From Dehalococcoidia bacterium (lineage in GTDB: Bacteria; Chloroflexota; Dehalococcoidia; Lucifugimonadales; QGNO01), in contig CBDHCW010000010.1 of the NCBI GenBank assembly GCA_965261445.1, positions 95,584 to 159,583 on the forward strand: a stretch of 64,000 bases of DNA, written 5' to 3'. Made by a program: the position numbers and the translations under genes. Below the pieces are notes generated by a model, which was given only the letters and a program-made list of their open reading frames with translations, did no database searches and was not told the DNA's origin. Of the stretch, positions 18,883 to 27,717 are shown piece by piece; position 1 is the stretch's first letter, and the number at the start of each line of letters is the position of its first letter.

Positions 18883-19458
18883 ATGACATCCAAGACCGAA
18901 GCGCAGACCGATACAACACAACCTCGCTGGTATTTTGTCCACACCTACTCAGGCCAAGAGGAGCGTGTCAGGAAAAACCTGGAGCAGCGCATTACCACCA
19001 TGGACGCCCATCATAAAATCGTCCAAGTGATTGTTCCTACTGAAGAAGTGGTTGAAATCAGGGAAGGCAGGCGCGTTCCAAAACGTGTGCGGCTATATCC
19101 CGGCTATATCATGATCCAGATGAACATGGACGACGAGAGCTGGCACATAGTACGCAACACACCCGGCGTTACCGGCTTTGTGTCTTCTGAAGACGAACGT
19201 GATAAGAGGCCGAAGCCCGTGCCACTGGAGCCTTGGGAAGTGGAGAACATCCTCCAGCAGGTGGCATCGGAGACGCCCAAGGCCAGGGTGGGCTTTACCA
19301 AGGGGCAGAGCGTTAGAATCACGGACGGCCCCTTTGCCGACTTCATTGGAGTGGTGGACACCGTAGACACCGACAAGGGGAAGCTGAACGTTCTGGTGTC
19401 GTTCTTCGGCAGGGAGACACCGGTAGAGTTGGACTTTCTGCAGGTAGAAAAGCTTTAG
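18883..19458 (+). CDS. nusG: Transcription factor NusG
   Basis: WYFVHTYSGQE, YPGY, VRNTPGVTGFV, KOW, FFGRETPVEL. Confidence 0.97.
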   Translation: MTSKTEAQTDTTQPRWYFVHTYSGQEERVRKNLEQRITTMDAHHKIVQVIVPTEEVVEIREGRRVPKRVRLYPGYIMIQMNMDDESWHIVRNTPGVTGFVSSEDERDKRPKPVPLEPWEVENILQQVASETPKARVGFTKGQSVRITDGPFADFIGVVDTVDTDKGKLNVLVSFFGRETPVELDFLQVEKL

Positions 19459-19470
19459 CGTGTTGCAATA

Positions 19471-19896
19471 ATGGCAAAGAAGATACGAGCAATCATCAAG
19501 TTGCAGATAGAGGCGGGACAGGCAACACCCGCCTACCCCGTTGGTCCTGCCTTGGGCCAGCACGGCGTCAATATCATGGGTTTCGTGAAGGAGTTCAACT
19601 CACGAACCGCTAACCAGGCGGGCAGCATAGTCCCGGTTGAGCTAACCGTATTTGAAGATAGATCCTTTACTTTCGTAACAAAGACCTCGCCCGCATCGGA
19701 CATGCTTCGCAAGGCGGCCGGCGTAGAGAAGGGCAGCACACAGGCGGGCAGGGAAAAGGTGGCAGCGGTGCCCCGCTCTGCGATACGTGAAATAGCTGAA
19801 ACCAAGATGAAAGACCTGAATGCGGGTTCGGTGGAAGCCGCTATGAAGATTATAGAGGGCTCAGCGCGCAGCATGGGCATAGAGGTTACCGAGTAA
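19471..19896 (+). CDS. rplK: 50S ribosomal protein L11
   Basis: [27 protein letters not shown]. Confidence 0.97.
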   Translation: MAKKIRAIIKLQIEAGQATPAYPVGPALGQHGVNIMGFVKEFNSRTANQAGSIVPVELTVFEDRSFTFVTKTSPASDMLRKAAGVEKGSTQAGREKVAAVPRSAIREIAETKMKDLNAGSVEAAMKIIEGSARSMGIEVTE

Positions 19897-20609
19897 TGGC
19901 CAAGCTAAAGAAGAGGTTGTTAGAAGCCACAACCAAGGTGGATAGCGATAGGCATTATGAGCCTGAAGAGGCCATAAACCTAGTGAAACAGACTGCCACG
20001 GCTAATTTCGACGAAACGGTGGAGATTCACCTCCGTACCGGTGCAGACCCCAGGCATGCCGATCAGCAGCTTCGCGGCGTGGCGCTTTTGCCCAACGGCT
20101 TGGGAAGACCCGTAAGGGTTCTGGTATTTGCTCAGGGCGACGCAGCCAGAGCGGCAAGGGAGACGGGCGCTGACTACGTAGGTGACGACGATGTCATCAA
20201 AAGGATAGATGGCGGTTGGGTGGAGTTCGATATTGCAATAGCCACCCCGGACATGATGGGCAAGATAGGACGGCTTGGGCGAGTGCTGGGCCGCCGGGGG
20301 CTTATGCCCAATCCCAGAACGGGAACCGTGGTGCAGCCGGGAGACATTGGCAGGGCTGTGGATGAAGCCAAGAAAGGGCGCGTGGAGGTGCGCATGGACA
20401 GGACCGCAATAATCCACGCTCCCATTGGCAAGGCTAGCTTTGAGTCCGACAAGCTCTATGAAAACCTATCAAGCCTGATGGAGATGGTCTCGCGCTCCCG
20501 CCCCGCCGCCGTCAAAGGGCTGTTCATCCGCAGCGCCTACATGACCTCCAGCATGGGACCGAGCATTCCGCTTGACCTTGCTTCTCTGACCGAGCTGAGG
20601 GTAGAATAG
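19896..20609 (+). CDS. rplA: 50S ribosomal protein L1
   Basis: FDETVE, LGRRGLMPNPRTGTV, SSMGP. Confidence 0.97.
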   Translation: MAKLKKRLLEATTKVDSDRHYEPEEAINLVKQTATANFDETVEIHLRTGADPRHADQQLRGVALLPNGLGRPVRVLVFAQGDAARAARETGADYVGDDDVIKRIDGGWVEFDIAIATPDMMGKIGRLGRVLGRRGLMPNPRTGTVVQPGDIGRAVDEAKKGRVEVRMDRTAIIHAPIGKASFESDKLYENLSSLMEMVSRSRPAAVKGLFIRSAYMTSSMGPSIPLDLASLTELRVE

Positions 20610-20629
20610 ACTCCCAAAACTGAATAACG

Positions 20630-20745
20630 AACGCCGTAGACAGCGGGCGCCACTAGAGGCTTAATCAAGGCCCGCCGAGGCAGGAAAGCGAGCCGGCAAG
20701 TTGGCTTTACTTCCCCTGTCTTTTGCGGCAGGGGATTTTTTATTG
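20630..20745 (+). promoter_or_regulatory. L10 leader RNA (rplJ autoregulation)
   Basis: CCGTAGACAGCGGG...CCCGCCGAGG kink-turn-like motif followed by hairpin CCCCTGTC/GGCAGGGG and T-run upstream of rplJ. Confidence 0.75.
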
Positions 20746-20753
20746 AGGTAAGG

Positions 20754-21314
20754 ATGCCTACTCAGAAAAAGATAGACGAAGTGCAAATCTTGGCTGAAAA
20801 GCTTTCGCAGGCTACTGTTGCTGTAGCGGCGGATTTTACCTCCATGCCGGTCAAGAGCATGACAGGACTGCGCAAGCATCTACGCGAGGCCGACGTGGAG
20901 TTCAGGGTAGTCAAGAATACTTTGACCGAAAGGGCCGCTGATGCAGCGGGTAGACCGGAGTTGAAGGAGCTGCTGGCGGGTCCCACGGGCCTGGCGCTGG
21001 GCTTTGCCGATCCCCTTCTACCCATAAAGACAATCCACGATTACGTCCGCAACAACAGGCTGCCCATGGTGGTAAGGGCCGCTACCATGATGGACGGCCG
21101 CATCTACAAGGAGGCACAGCTCACGTTGCTAACCACCTTGCCTCCAAGAGAGGTGCTTCTGGCCCAGCTACTGGGGCAGATGGCATCGCTGCCCACCCGC
21201 TTAGTCAGAGCTATCAACCAGCCTTTGCAGGGGCTGGCGAACGTGATGAACGGCCCGCTGGTTGGCCTGGCAAACGTCTTGCAGGCCAGGGTGGACCAGC
21301 AAGAAGGGAAGTAG
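20754..21314 (+). CDS. rplJ: 50S ribosomal protein L10
   Basis: RVVKNTL, LAGPTGL, LPPREVLLAQLLG; synteny. Confidence 0.95.
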   Translation: MPTQKKIDEVQILAEKLSQATVAVAADFTSMPVKSMTGLRKHLREADVEFRVVKNTLTERAADAAGRPELKELLAGPTGLALGFADPLLPIKTIHDYVRNNRLPMVVRAATMMDGRIYKEAQLTLLTTLPPREVLLAQLLGQMASLPTRLVRAINQPLQGLANVMNGPLVGLANVLQARVDQQEGK

Positions 21315-21374
21315 AACAACGCTATCAATTCAAATAGCTCAAATTGCAGAAACCCAATTAGTAAGGAGACGTCA

Positions 21375-21764
21375 GTGGGCAAAGAAGAGGTTATAGAAGC
21401 AATAAAGTCGTTGTCGGTTGTTGAGTTGTCAGAAGTGGTGAAAGCTCTGGAGGAGGAGTTTGGAGTAAGCGCAGCCGCTCCAGTAGCCTTCGCCGCTGCG
21501 CCCGTTGCAGCTGCGGCGCCTTCTGGCGATGGCGCTGACGCGGAGGAGGAGCAGACCGAGTTCAAGGTGATGCTCAAGGAAGCAGGAGCCAACAAGATCA
21601 ACGTGATCAAGGCCGTGAGGGAAGTGACTACCCTGGGTCTGCGTGAGGCCAAAGAGCTGGTGGAAGGAGCGCCCGTCGCAGTGAAGGAGGGCATTGGCAA
21701 AGAAGAAGCCAATGATATGCTCAAGAAACTGCAGGAAGCGGGCGCCACTGTTGCCGTAGAGTAA
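21375..21764 (+). CDS. rplL: 50S ribosomal protein L7/L12
   Basis: [34 protein letters not shown]. Confidence 0.97.
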   Translation: MGKEEVIEAIKSLSVVELSEVVKALEEEFGVSAAAPVAFAAAPVAAAAPSGDGADAEEEQTEFKVMLKEAGANKINVIKAVREVTTLGLREAKELVEGAPVAVKEGIGKEEANDMLKKLQEAGATVAVE

Positions 21765-21792
21765 ACCGGCGCTATCAGGAGGTGTACCGATT

Positions 21793-22020
21793 TTGAGCCG
21801 TAGTAAAGACAGGGCCCGTTACGAAGCTATGAAGCGGCTCAACCCGGATTACAAAGGTTTCCGGGGTTATTCGGTTGAGCCAAACCGTCCCGGGCAAACT
21901 CCCATGGAGGCTGTGTACTGTACGTTGTGCCGCCGCAAGCGCAATGTGCCGGTGGGTATGGCCTTGGAGCAGGGCCAGGAATTTGTTTGCCAGAGTTGCC
22001 GTGAAGAAAGCGGTGCTTAG
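21793..22020 (+). CDS. Small hypothetical zinc-ribbon protein
   Basis: AGGAGG RBS; CTLC...CQSC. Confidence 0.65.
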   Translation: MSRSKDRARYEAMKRLNPDYKGFRGYSVEPNRPGQTPMEAVYCTLCRRKRNVPVGMALEQGQEFVCQSCREESGA

Positions 22021-22037
22021 AACCATTGAGGGGCATC

Positions 22038-22757
22038 ATGGCGGAGCGAGATAAGCCACAATACCGGCTGCTAATCCGCGATATGCCCGCCAAAGAGAGG
22101 CCCCGTGAGAGATTGAGGGACTACGGCGCCGCCTACTTGAGCAATGCTGAGCTGATTGCCATTCTGCTCCGCACCGGCACCTCATCAGAGAACGTCATAG
22201 ACCTATCCAACAGGTTGCTGGCGAAGTACGGCGGCCTGGAAGGCATATCCAAAGCGAGCTTCCAAGAGCTGGCTTCCATCCACGGTATGGGAGACGCCAA
22301 GACCGCTCAGCTCAAGTCCGCGCTTGAGTTGAGCAAACGGTTGCTGGCCTCTAGCGGTGACGCCAGGCCTGAGGTCCATTCGCCTGAGGCTGTCGTCAAT
22401 TTGCTGGGAGCGGAAATGTCGCTTCTTGAACAGGAGCAATTCAGAGTCGTTGCCCTCAATATCAAGAATCAGGTCATCAACATTTCAACCGTGTACAAGG
22501 GCAACGTCAACTCAGCGGTGGTGCGTGCTTCAGAGGTGTTTCAAGACGCCGTCAGGTCCAACTGCCCTTCGGTCATACTGGTGCACAATCATCCATCGGG
22601 AGACCCTAGCCCCAGCCCTGACGACATAGCGGTGACCAAGCAGCTGGTTGCAGCCGGCGAACTTCTGGATATAACTGTGCTTGACCATATCGTAATAGGG
22701 CAGAGCTCTTATGGAAGTTATACCAGCATGAAGAAAAACAGGCTTGGGTTTGGATAG
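22038..22757 (+). CDS. radC: RadC (JAB/MPN) family protein with HhH domain
   Basis: ERPRERL, LSNAELIAILLRTG, HNHPSGDPSPSPDD, LDHIVIG. Confidence 0.92.
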   Translation: MAERDKPQYRLLIRDMPAKERPRERLRDYGAAYLSNAELIAILLRTGTSSENVIDLSNRLLAKYGGLEGISKASFQELASIHGMGDAKTAQLKSALELSKRLLASSGDARPEVHSPEAVVNLLGAEMSLLEQEQFRVVALNIKNQVINISTVYKGNVNSAVVRASEVFQDAVRSNCPSVILVHNHPSGDPSPSPDDIAVTKQLVAAGELLDITVLDHIVIGQSSYGSYTSMKKNRLGFG

Positions 22758-24189
22758 CAGCCAAGCCTTGCAGCCGGCCCCGCCACGGCTCAAAGCCCCC
22801 TGGTCTTACAAGTGGACGGCCTTCAGCATTGTCTCTCTGGGCACGTTGCTGTCCACCCTGGACGGGAGCATAGTCAACATAGCCTATCCGGTTCTTTCGG
22901 AAACGTTCGGCACAGACGCCTCCATTGTAGCCTGGGTAGGTATAGCCTTCTTCCTCACCAGCACCAGTCTTCTATTGACCATGGGTTGGATTGGCGATTT
23001 TCTGGGCAGGGAACGCCTGTACATACTTGGGCTTTTGCTATTCGCGGTTGCGCTGGCGCTGGCCCCCCTAGCACAAAACATAGCTCAACTCATCTTGGTG
23101 CGCGCTCTGCAGGGGATCGGCGCGGCGATGGTGGTTTCGGTTGGATCGGCCATCTTAGCGGCGACGTTCGAGGCCAAGGAACGTGGTCTTGCCTTTGGCC
23201 TGCTAGGCGCAACGGTCGGTTTGGGACTGGCCGGTGGGCCGCTCCTTGGCGGCGTGGTCATCGATCTTCTGGACTGGCGGGCGGTTTTCTACACGCGACT
23301 TCCCATAAGCCTGATTGCGGTGCCCTTGAGCTGGCTGTTCCTGGCACGGCAGCCGCGGACGCCGGGCGCTTTGCACCTGGATATCCAGGGGTCGGTGATC
23401 CTCCTGGCCCTGCTGAGCGGCTTTCTTCTGGCGGTGAATCAGGCGGGTAGATTGGGAATCACCTCTCCTCTGGTGCTGGCGGCCATTGCGCTGGCAGTGA
23501 CGGCACTCCCACTTTTTGTATGGTGGGAGTTGCGGGCACAGCGTCCTATTGTGGACGTGCGCGCCTTCCGCAACCCGGTGCTCTCCACGGGTGTTGCTAC
23601 GCTGCTGGCGCATTTCCAGGCATGGAGCGCCGTGGCATTTGTTCTACCCTTTGCAATGATAAACGGCTTGGGCTACAGCACGGCCAAAGCGGGACTTGTG
23701 CTGGCCGTCTTCTCAGTGGTGCGGTCTCTGACCTCACCGGTGACGGGCTGGCTGTCCGACCGTATGAGTCACGGGTTGCTGATGGCTTCAGGTCTGGTTG
23801 TAGTTTCAGTAGCGCTATTTCTGCTGTCCGGGCTGGGAGTAAGCGCAACCGTGTGGCAACTTGCCATGATCCTATCACTGGCTAGCCTTGGCTCCGCCCT
23901 GTTCGATCCCACCAACGCCAGTTCCATCATGAGTACGGTGCCAGCGGAACGGCTGGGAATGGCGGGGGCATTCATCGCTACGGGCCGGCAGATGGGCCTT
24001 TCAGGTGGCGTGGCTTTGTCCGGCGCCATACTGGCTTCCCGCGAAGCCCATCACCTGAGCAGCGGCCTGCCACAGAACGAAGCGCTTGTGGCAGGGGCCG
24101 GAGACGCCCTTGTAGTGAGCGCGGTTATCACCATCATGGGCATAGCGCCCATTGTACTGGGCAAACTTCGCTCTATAGCCAGACCCTAA
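22744..24189 (+). CDS. MFS transporter, DHA2 (14-TM) type
   Basis: LDGSIVNIAYP, GWIGDFLGRER, GPLLGG. Confidence 0.85.
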   Translation: MGLDSSQALQPAPPRLKAPWSYKWTAFSIVSLGTLLSTLDGSIVNIAYPVLSETFGTDASIVAWVGIAFFLTSTSLLLTMGWIGDFLGRERLYILGLLLFAVALALAPLAQNIAQLILVRALQGIGAAMVVSVGSAILAATFEAKERGLAFGLLGATVGLGLAGGPLLGGVVIDLLDWRAVFYTRLPISLIAVPLSWLFLARQPRTPGALHLDIQGSVILLALLSGFLLAVNQAGRLGITSPLVLAAIALAVTALPLFVWWELRAQRPIVDVRAFRNPVLSTGVATLLAHFQAWSAVAFVLPFAMINGLGYSTAKAGLVLAVFSVVRSLTSPVTGWLSDRMSHGLLMASGLVVVSVALFLLSGLGVSATVWQLAMILSLASLGSALFDPTNASSIMSTVPAERLGMAGAFIATGRQMGLSGGVALSGAILASREAHHLSSGLPQNEALVAGAGDALVVSAVITIMGIAPIVLGKLRSIARP

Positions 24190-24226
24190 CTATTGGCCGA
24201 CCGGTTCCACCGTTGTCCCCCTCCAG

Positions 24227-25315
24227 CTAGCTCAGACCGGCCGGCATGCCGGCTTCCAGATGGTCGCCTGCGGCCAGTGCCTGGTAAGCCTGGGACAACA
24301 GACCATCGGTCTCTTCCCAGCCTATACAGGGGTCCGTGATGGAGACGCCGTACTCCAGCTTGGAAGGGTCGCCTTCGTCAAGCTTCTGACTGCTCGCTAA
24401 TAGATTGCTTTCCAGCATCATGCCCACGATGCCTGTATTCCCCGATAGGCGCTGCTGGAGAACGTCTTGGAATGCAACCGACTCAAGCGCGTAGTCCTTG
24501 TTGGAGTTGGCGTGGGAGCAGTCAACGATCAGCCTAGCGGGCACGCCGGCCTGCTCGAGCAAAGACGTGGCCCTGGACACAGAGGCGGCATCGTAGTTTG
24601 TCCCGGTAGTGCCGCCGCGCAGAACTACGTGGCAGTTGGGATTTCCCTGCGTCATCACTATGGAGGCCAGGCCTTCGCCGTCCACTCCGAGAAAAGCGTG
24701 CCGGGCGCGGGCGGCAACCACTCCGTCAACGGCGAGTTGGATGCTGCCGCCGGTACCGTTCTTGAAGCCTACGGGCATGCTCAAACCGCTTGCCATCTGG
24801 CGATGTGTCTGGCTCTCCGCGGTACGGGCGCCAATGGCGGCCCAAGAAACCAGATCAGCTATGTACTGGGGCGTGATGGGGTCCACGAACTCGGTGGCGG
24901 AAAGCAGACCTATCTCGGCGACGTTCAGCAGGAATTCCCGTGCCAGGTACAGCCCGTGTTCCAGGTCGAAGCTGCCGTTCAGATGAGGATCATAGATCAG
25001 GCCCTTCCAGCCAACGGTAGTGCGGGGCTTTTCAAAGTAGACGCGCATTACAATGAGCATACGGTCGCTGTATCTGTCCGCAGCCTGTTTGAGCCTACGG
25101 GCATAATCCAGGCCGGCCTTTGTATCGTGGATGGAGCAGGGGCCTGAGATGAGCAGCAAGCGGCTGTCCTCTCCCGAGAGGATGGCTGCAATCTCCTCTC
25201 TTCCCTTCACCACCAGTTGCGCCACCGAGTCAGGGGCGGGAAGGCGGGTTAGGTATTCCGCCGGTGAAGGCAGCCTTTGTATGCTAGAGACGTTAATATT
25301 TTGCAGTTGGCCCAT
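24227..25315 (-). CDS. DAHP synthase, class I-alpha (AroF/AroG type)
   Basis: GPCSIHD, MRVYFEKPRTTVGWKG, IGARTAESQTHR, DCSHANS, GVSITDPCIGW. Confidence 0.93.
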   Translation of the reverse strand: MGQLQNINVSSIQRLPSPAEYLTRLPAPDSVAQLVVKGREEIAAILSGEDSRLLLISGPCSIHDTKAGLDYARRLKQAADRYSDRMLIVMRVYFEKPRTTVGWKGLIYDPHLNGSFDLEHGLYLAREFLLNVAEIGLLSATEFVDPITPQYIADLVSWAAIGARTAESQTHRQMASGLSMPVGFKNGTGGSIQLAVDGVVAARARHAFLGVDGEGLASIVMTQGNPNCHVVLRGGTTGTNYDAASVSRATSLLEQAGVPARLIVDCSHANSNKDYALESVAFQDVLQQRLSGNTGIVGMMLESNLLASSQKLDEGDPSKLEYGVSITDPCIGWEETDGLLSQAYQALAAGDHLEAGMPAGLS

Positions 25316-25340
25316 GATGATTCCTCGTTTTTCTTATATA

Positions 25341-25373
25341 ATCAAAAAGCCCTCGCAAGGAGGGCTTTTGATT
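25341..25373 (-). terminator. Attenuator terminator upstream of DAHP synthase
   Basis: AAAAGCCCTC-CTTGC-GAGGGCTTTTT on the minus strand, about 25 nt before the start codon. Confidence 0.8.
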
Positions 25374-25388
25374 TGACTCTGCTGCGGA

Positions 25389-25466
25389 TTAAACAGCTAC
25401 CCTCCCCGTCCGGGCCTTATACGTAAACTCAAAATAGTAGGAACGGTATGCTATTGACCTGTTCAT
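25389..25466 (-). CDS. Tyr/Phe-rich attenuator leader peptide MNRSIAYRSYYFEFTYKARTGRVAV
   Basis: 4 Tyr and 2 Phe in 10 codons, directly upstream of terminator and DAHP synthase. Confidence 0.8.
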   Translation of the reverse strand: MNRSIAYRSYYFEFTYKARTGRVAV

Positions 25467-25566
25467 GTCGGGTCTTATTATTGGCCGGGTTCATGAAACT
25501 GTCAAGGACTTGCCGTATATTGACAATCAGCTATTGACAACAAGAGCGACCCCTCTATAGTGTAGT

Positions 25567-25663
25567 AATTGAGCAAGCAAGCGCAGGGCAAACCGATGGT
25601 CACCGAAATAGGTGGCAGCAACTGAGAAGTTGTGGGATCCTTCGGCCTGGGGCTTGCTCAAAT
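25567..25663 (+). ncRNA. Candidate structured ncRNA associated with DUF3800-like gene
   Basis: TTGACA-16-TATAGT promoter (25534..25561); 10-bp closing helix and two inner hairpins including a GAGA tetraloop. Confidence 0.65.
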
Positions 25664-26419
25664 TTTGTCAAGCCACGGATATTCTCTTTCTAGGTCCTCA
25701 AGGTTTGATGGCGGTGGCACGTGAGTGAACTTCATGCCGTACCCAAACAACTTCCCACGCCTGTATAATCTGTCACTTAATATCTCAAGATATCGTGGTT
25801 CTATGTTGCCGTACCTTGTATGCTCTAGTGCATCGCTAAGAGCACCAGCCACACAATCGCTAGCTTGCAGAAGACGACTCGCTGATTTGGGCTTCACTTG
25901 AAATGTCTTCCATGCCAAATTACGCCATGAAATTTGCAGAGGTGGAATCCACCCGTATAGTTTATCGAGATAGTCCCGAAGTTCGCTGTATTTCATGTTA
26001 GAACGGTTCTCAAATATCAGATGAGCCTTCCCATTATTGCCAGCATCTCTGGCATACCAAGAAAGCCTCTCTAGGAGTAACCGTGTGGAATAAAAGTAAA
26101 GCTTCCACTTCTGGCGCAGGCCTGCAGCTTCTTTCATCATAGGGTGCCGTTTATCTGTGATAACTGCAGAATAGACCCATTGCTCTGTCTGTAACTCTTT
26201 GCATATGTACAGTCGCTTGTCGTGATTCCTAACGTGTGACCAGTGAAGTGTATCTAAGTCGGTCTTTCCAAAGGTCCTTTTAATTCTGCTGACCATAGTG
26301 CTCGTTTGGAGATCAAGGTCTTTGGGAACAATCAATGCTCCCAGAATAAACCAACGCGTGGCTCCAGGTTTACCCATCCCCTCATCGCCAGATTCGTCTA
26401 TGTAGCAGTTATAGTCCAC
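25658..26419 (-). CDS. DUF3800-like protein (RNase H-like acidic motifs)
   Basis: N-terminal YIDESGD, WFILGAL, LHW, central IFENR, C-terminal LLQASDCVAGA; visibly AT-richer than neighbours. Confidence 0.75.
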   Translation of the reverse strand: MDYNCYIDESGDEGMGKPGATRWFILGALIVPKDLDLQTSTMVSRIKRTFGKTDLDTLHWSHVRNHDKRLYICKELQTEQWVYSAVITDKRHPMMKEAAGLRQKWKLYFYSTRLLLERLSWYARDAGNNGKAHLIFENRSNMKYSELRDYLDKLYGWIPPLQISWRNLAWKTFQVKPKSASRLLQASDCVAGALSDALEHTRYGNIEPRYLEILSDRLYRRGKLFGYGMKFTHVPPPSNLEDLEREYPWLDKI

Positions 26420-26550
26420 ATTTTGAGTATATCATCTACATGATCTAACCTCGTTTGCCTGATAGACCGCATATCATTTCTCCTGGAATAGAGCACTAGA
26501 AAAAATAGGGTGTCTCAGGAGTTACACTTCCCTCATATGCCCCCACGCCG

Positions 26551-27054
26551 CTATTTGATCCTAGGGCCGGCCTTCAGCGGCCAGTATCTCATCCAGGCCT
26601 TGCCCACGATGTAGGAGGCGTCTATAGGCCCGAACGAACGGCTGTCGCGGCTGTCTTGCCTGAAGTCACCAAGCACCAGGTACTCCCCGTTCCCCAGCAG
26701 CCACTGACCGGGTGACGGCGTGTCCGTAGGAGCGGGTTTGGCAAGATACGGCTCGTGGAGCGGGCGATCATCGATGAGAACTACGCCGTTGCTGATCCTG
26801 ACGTGCTCTCCCGGCAGGCCGATTACCCGTTTCACGCAGTGAACCCCTGGCTGACCGGGGTCCAACAGGACTATTACGTCCCCTCTGGATGGTGGAGTAG
26901 AGCTAAAGGCCAGCCCGTCTACTATGATCTGCTGACCATGGGACAGTCCCGGTCGCATACTGTCGCCTGCTACGGAGAAACGCGTCGCCCGGGGAAGGCG
27001 CAGCACTGTTCCCAGAACTGGGAGGCGCAAGATGGACCTGAGTAGGCGTGGCAT
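26551..27054 (-). CDS. sodX: S26 peptidase, probable Ni-SOD maturation protease / signal peptidase I
   Basis: VAGDSMRPGL, RGDVIV, VKRVIGLPG, GDFRQDSRDSRSFG; divergent from sodN. Confidence 0.7.
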   Translation of the reverse strand: MPRLLRSILRLPVLGTVLRLPRATRFSVAGDSMRPGLSHGQQIIVDGLAFSSTPPSRGDVIVLLDPGQPGVHCVKRVIGLPGEHVRISNGVVLIDDRPLHEPYLAKPAPTDTPSPGQWLLGNGEYLVLGDFRQDSRDSRSFGPIDASYIVGKAWMRYWPLKAGPRIK

Positions 27055-27163
27055 GTCTTCAATTCTAGGCGGCGCATCAAGGGTGAGCAACGCGGTGAGG
27101 CTTGATGCTCGGCGCGTCTCTTGATAACCTAGCTCCGCTGAACGTACAAATCTGGAGGGATGA

Positions 27164-27682
27164 ATGTTCTCATTTTTCGGTCTGTCTACCATGCTTCGAA
27201 AGATAGCTTCCACCAAAACAGCCTATGCTCACTGCGATATTCCGTGCGGAATATACGACCCTCACGTGGCCCAGATAGCCGCGTTGACCACCGTCCGCAT
27301 GAACCAGCTCATAGAGGCCCTGGAAGCCCCCGGGGCAGATGCCTCCGCCCAGGACCACAGCGCCTACGCCCACGCCGTCAGCCGCTACACCACTGTCAAA
27401 GAGGAGCATGCCGAGCTTTGCAAGAAGGAGCTGAGGATCCTCTGGGGGGACTATTTCCGTCCCGAACATGTCGAGGAACACCCCGACCTTCACGGAAAGT
27501 TCTTCAACGCCATGAAGGCCGCCTCCAAAGTACGGCAGAACCAGGACATGCAAGCCGCTCAGGACCTGCTCTCCACCACTCAGGATATAGCTGAGATTTT
27601 CTGGAAGACCAAGGGCGCCGCGCCGGTAAGGCAACCTTCCCGCCAGGGTGCGGCCGGCGGCGAACTGGTCTACCCTAGCTGA
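27164..27682 (+). CDS. sodN: Nickel superoxide dismutase precursor
   Basis: Propeptide followed by Ni-hook AHCDIPCGIYDP; LWGDYF. Confidence 0.92.
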   Translation: MFSFFGLSTMLRKIASTKTAYAHCDIPCGIYDPHVAQIAALTTVRMNQLIEALEAPGADASAQDHSAYAHAVSRYTTVKEEHAELCKKELRILWGDYFRPEHVEEHPDLHGKFFNAMKAASKVRQNQDMQAAQDLLSTTQDIAEIFWKTKGAAPVRQPSRQGAAGGELVYPS

Positions 27683-27717
27683 GCGGCAAGCCACTCAGCG
27701 GTACAGAATCCATGGGG

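Noticed and set aside
22038..22757. radC as a marker of a mobile or anti-defence element
   Set aside because: Full-length chromosomal type with HhH domain and host-like composition
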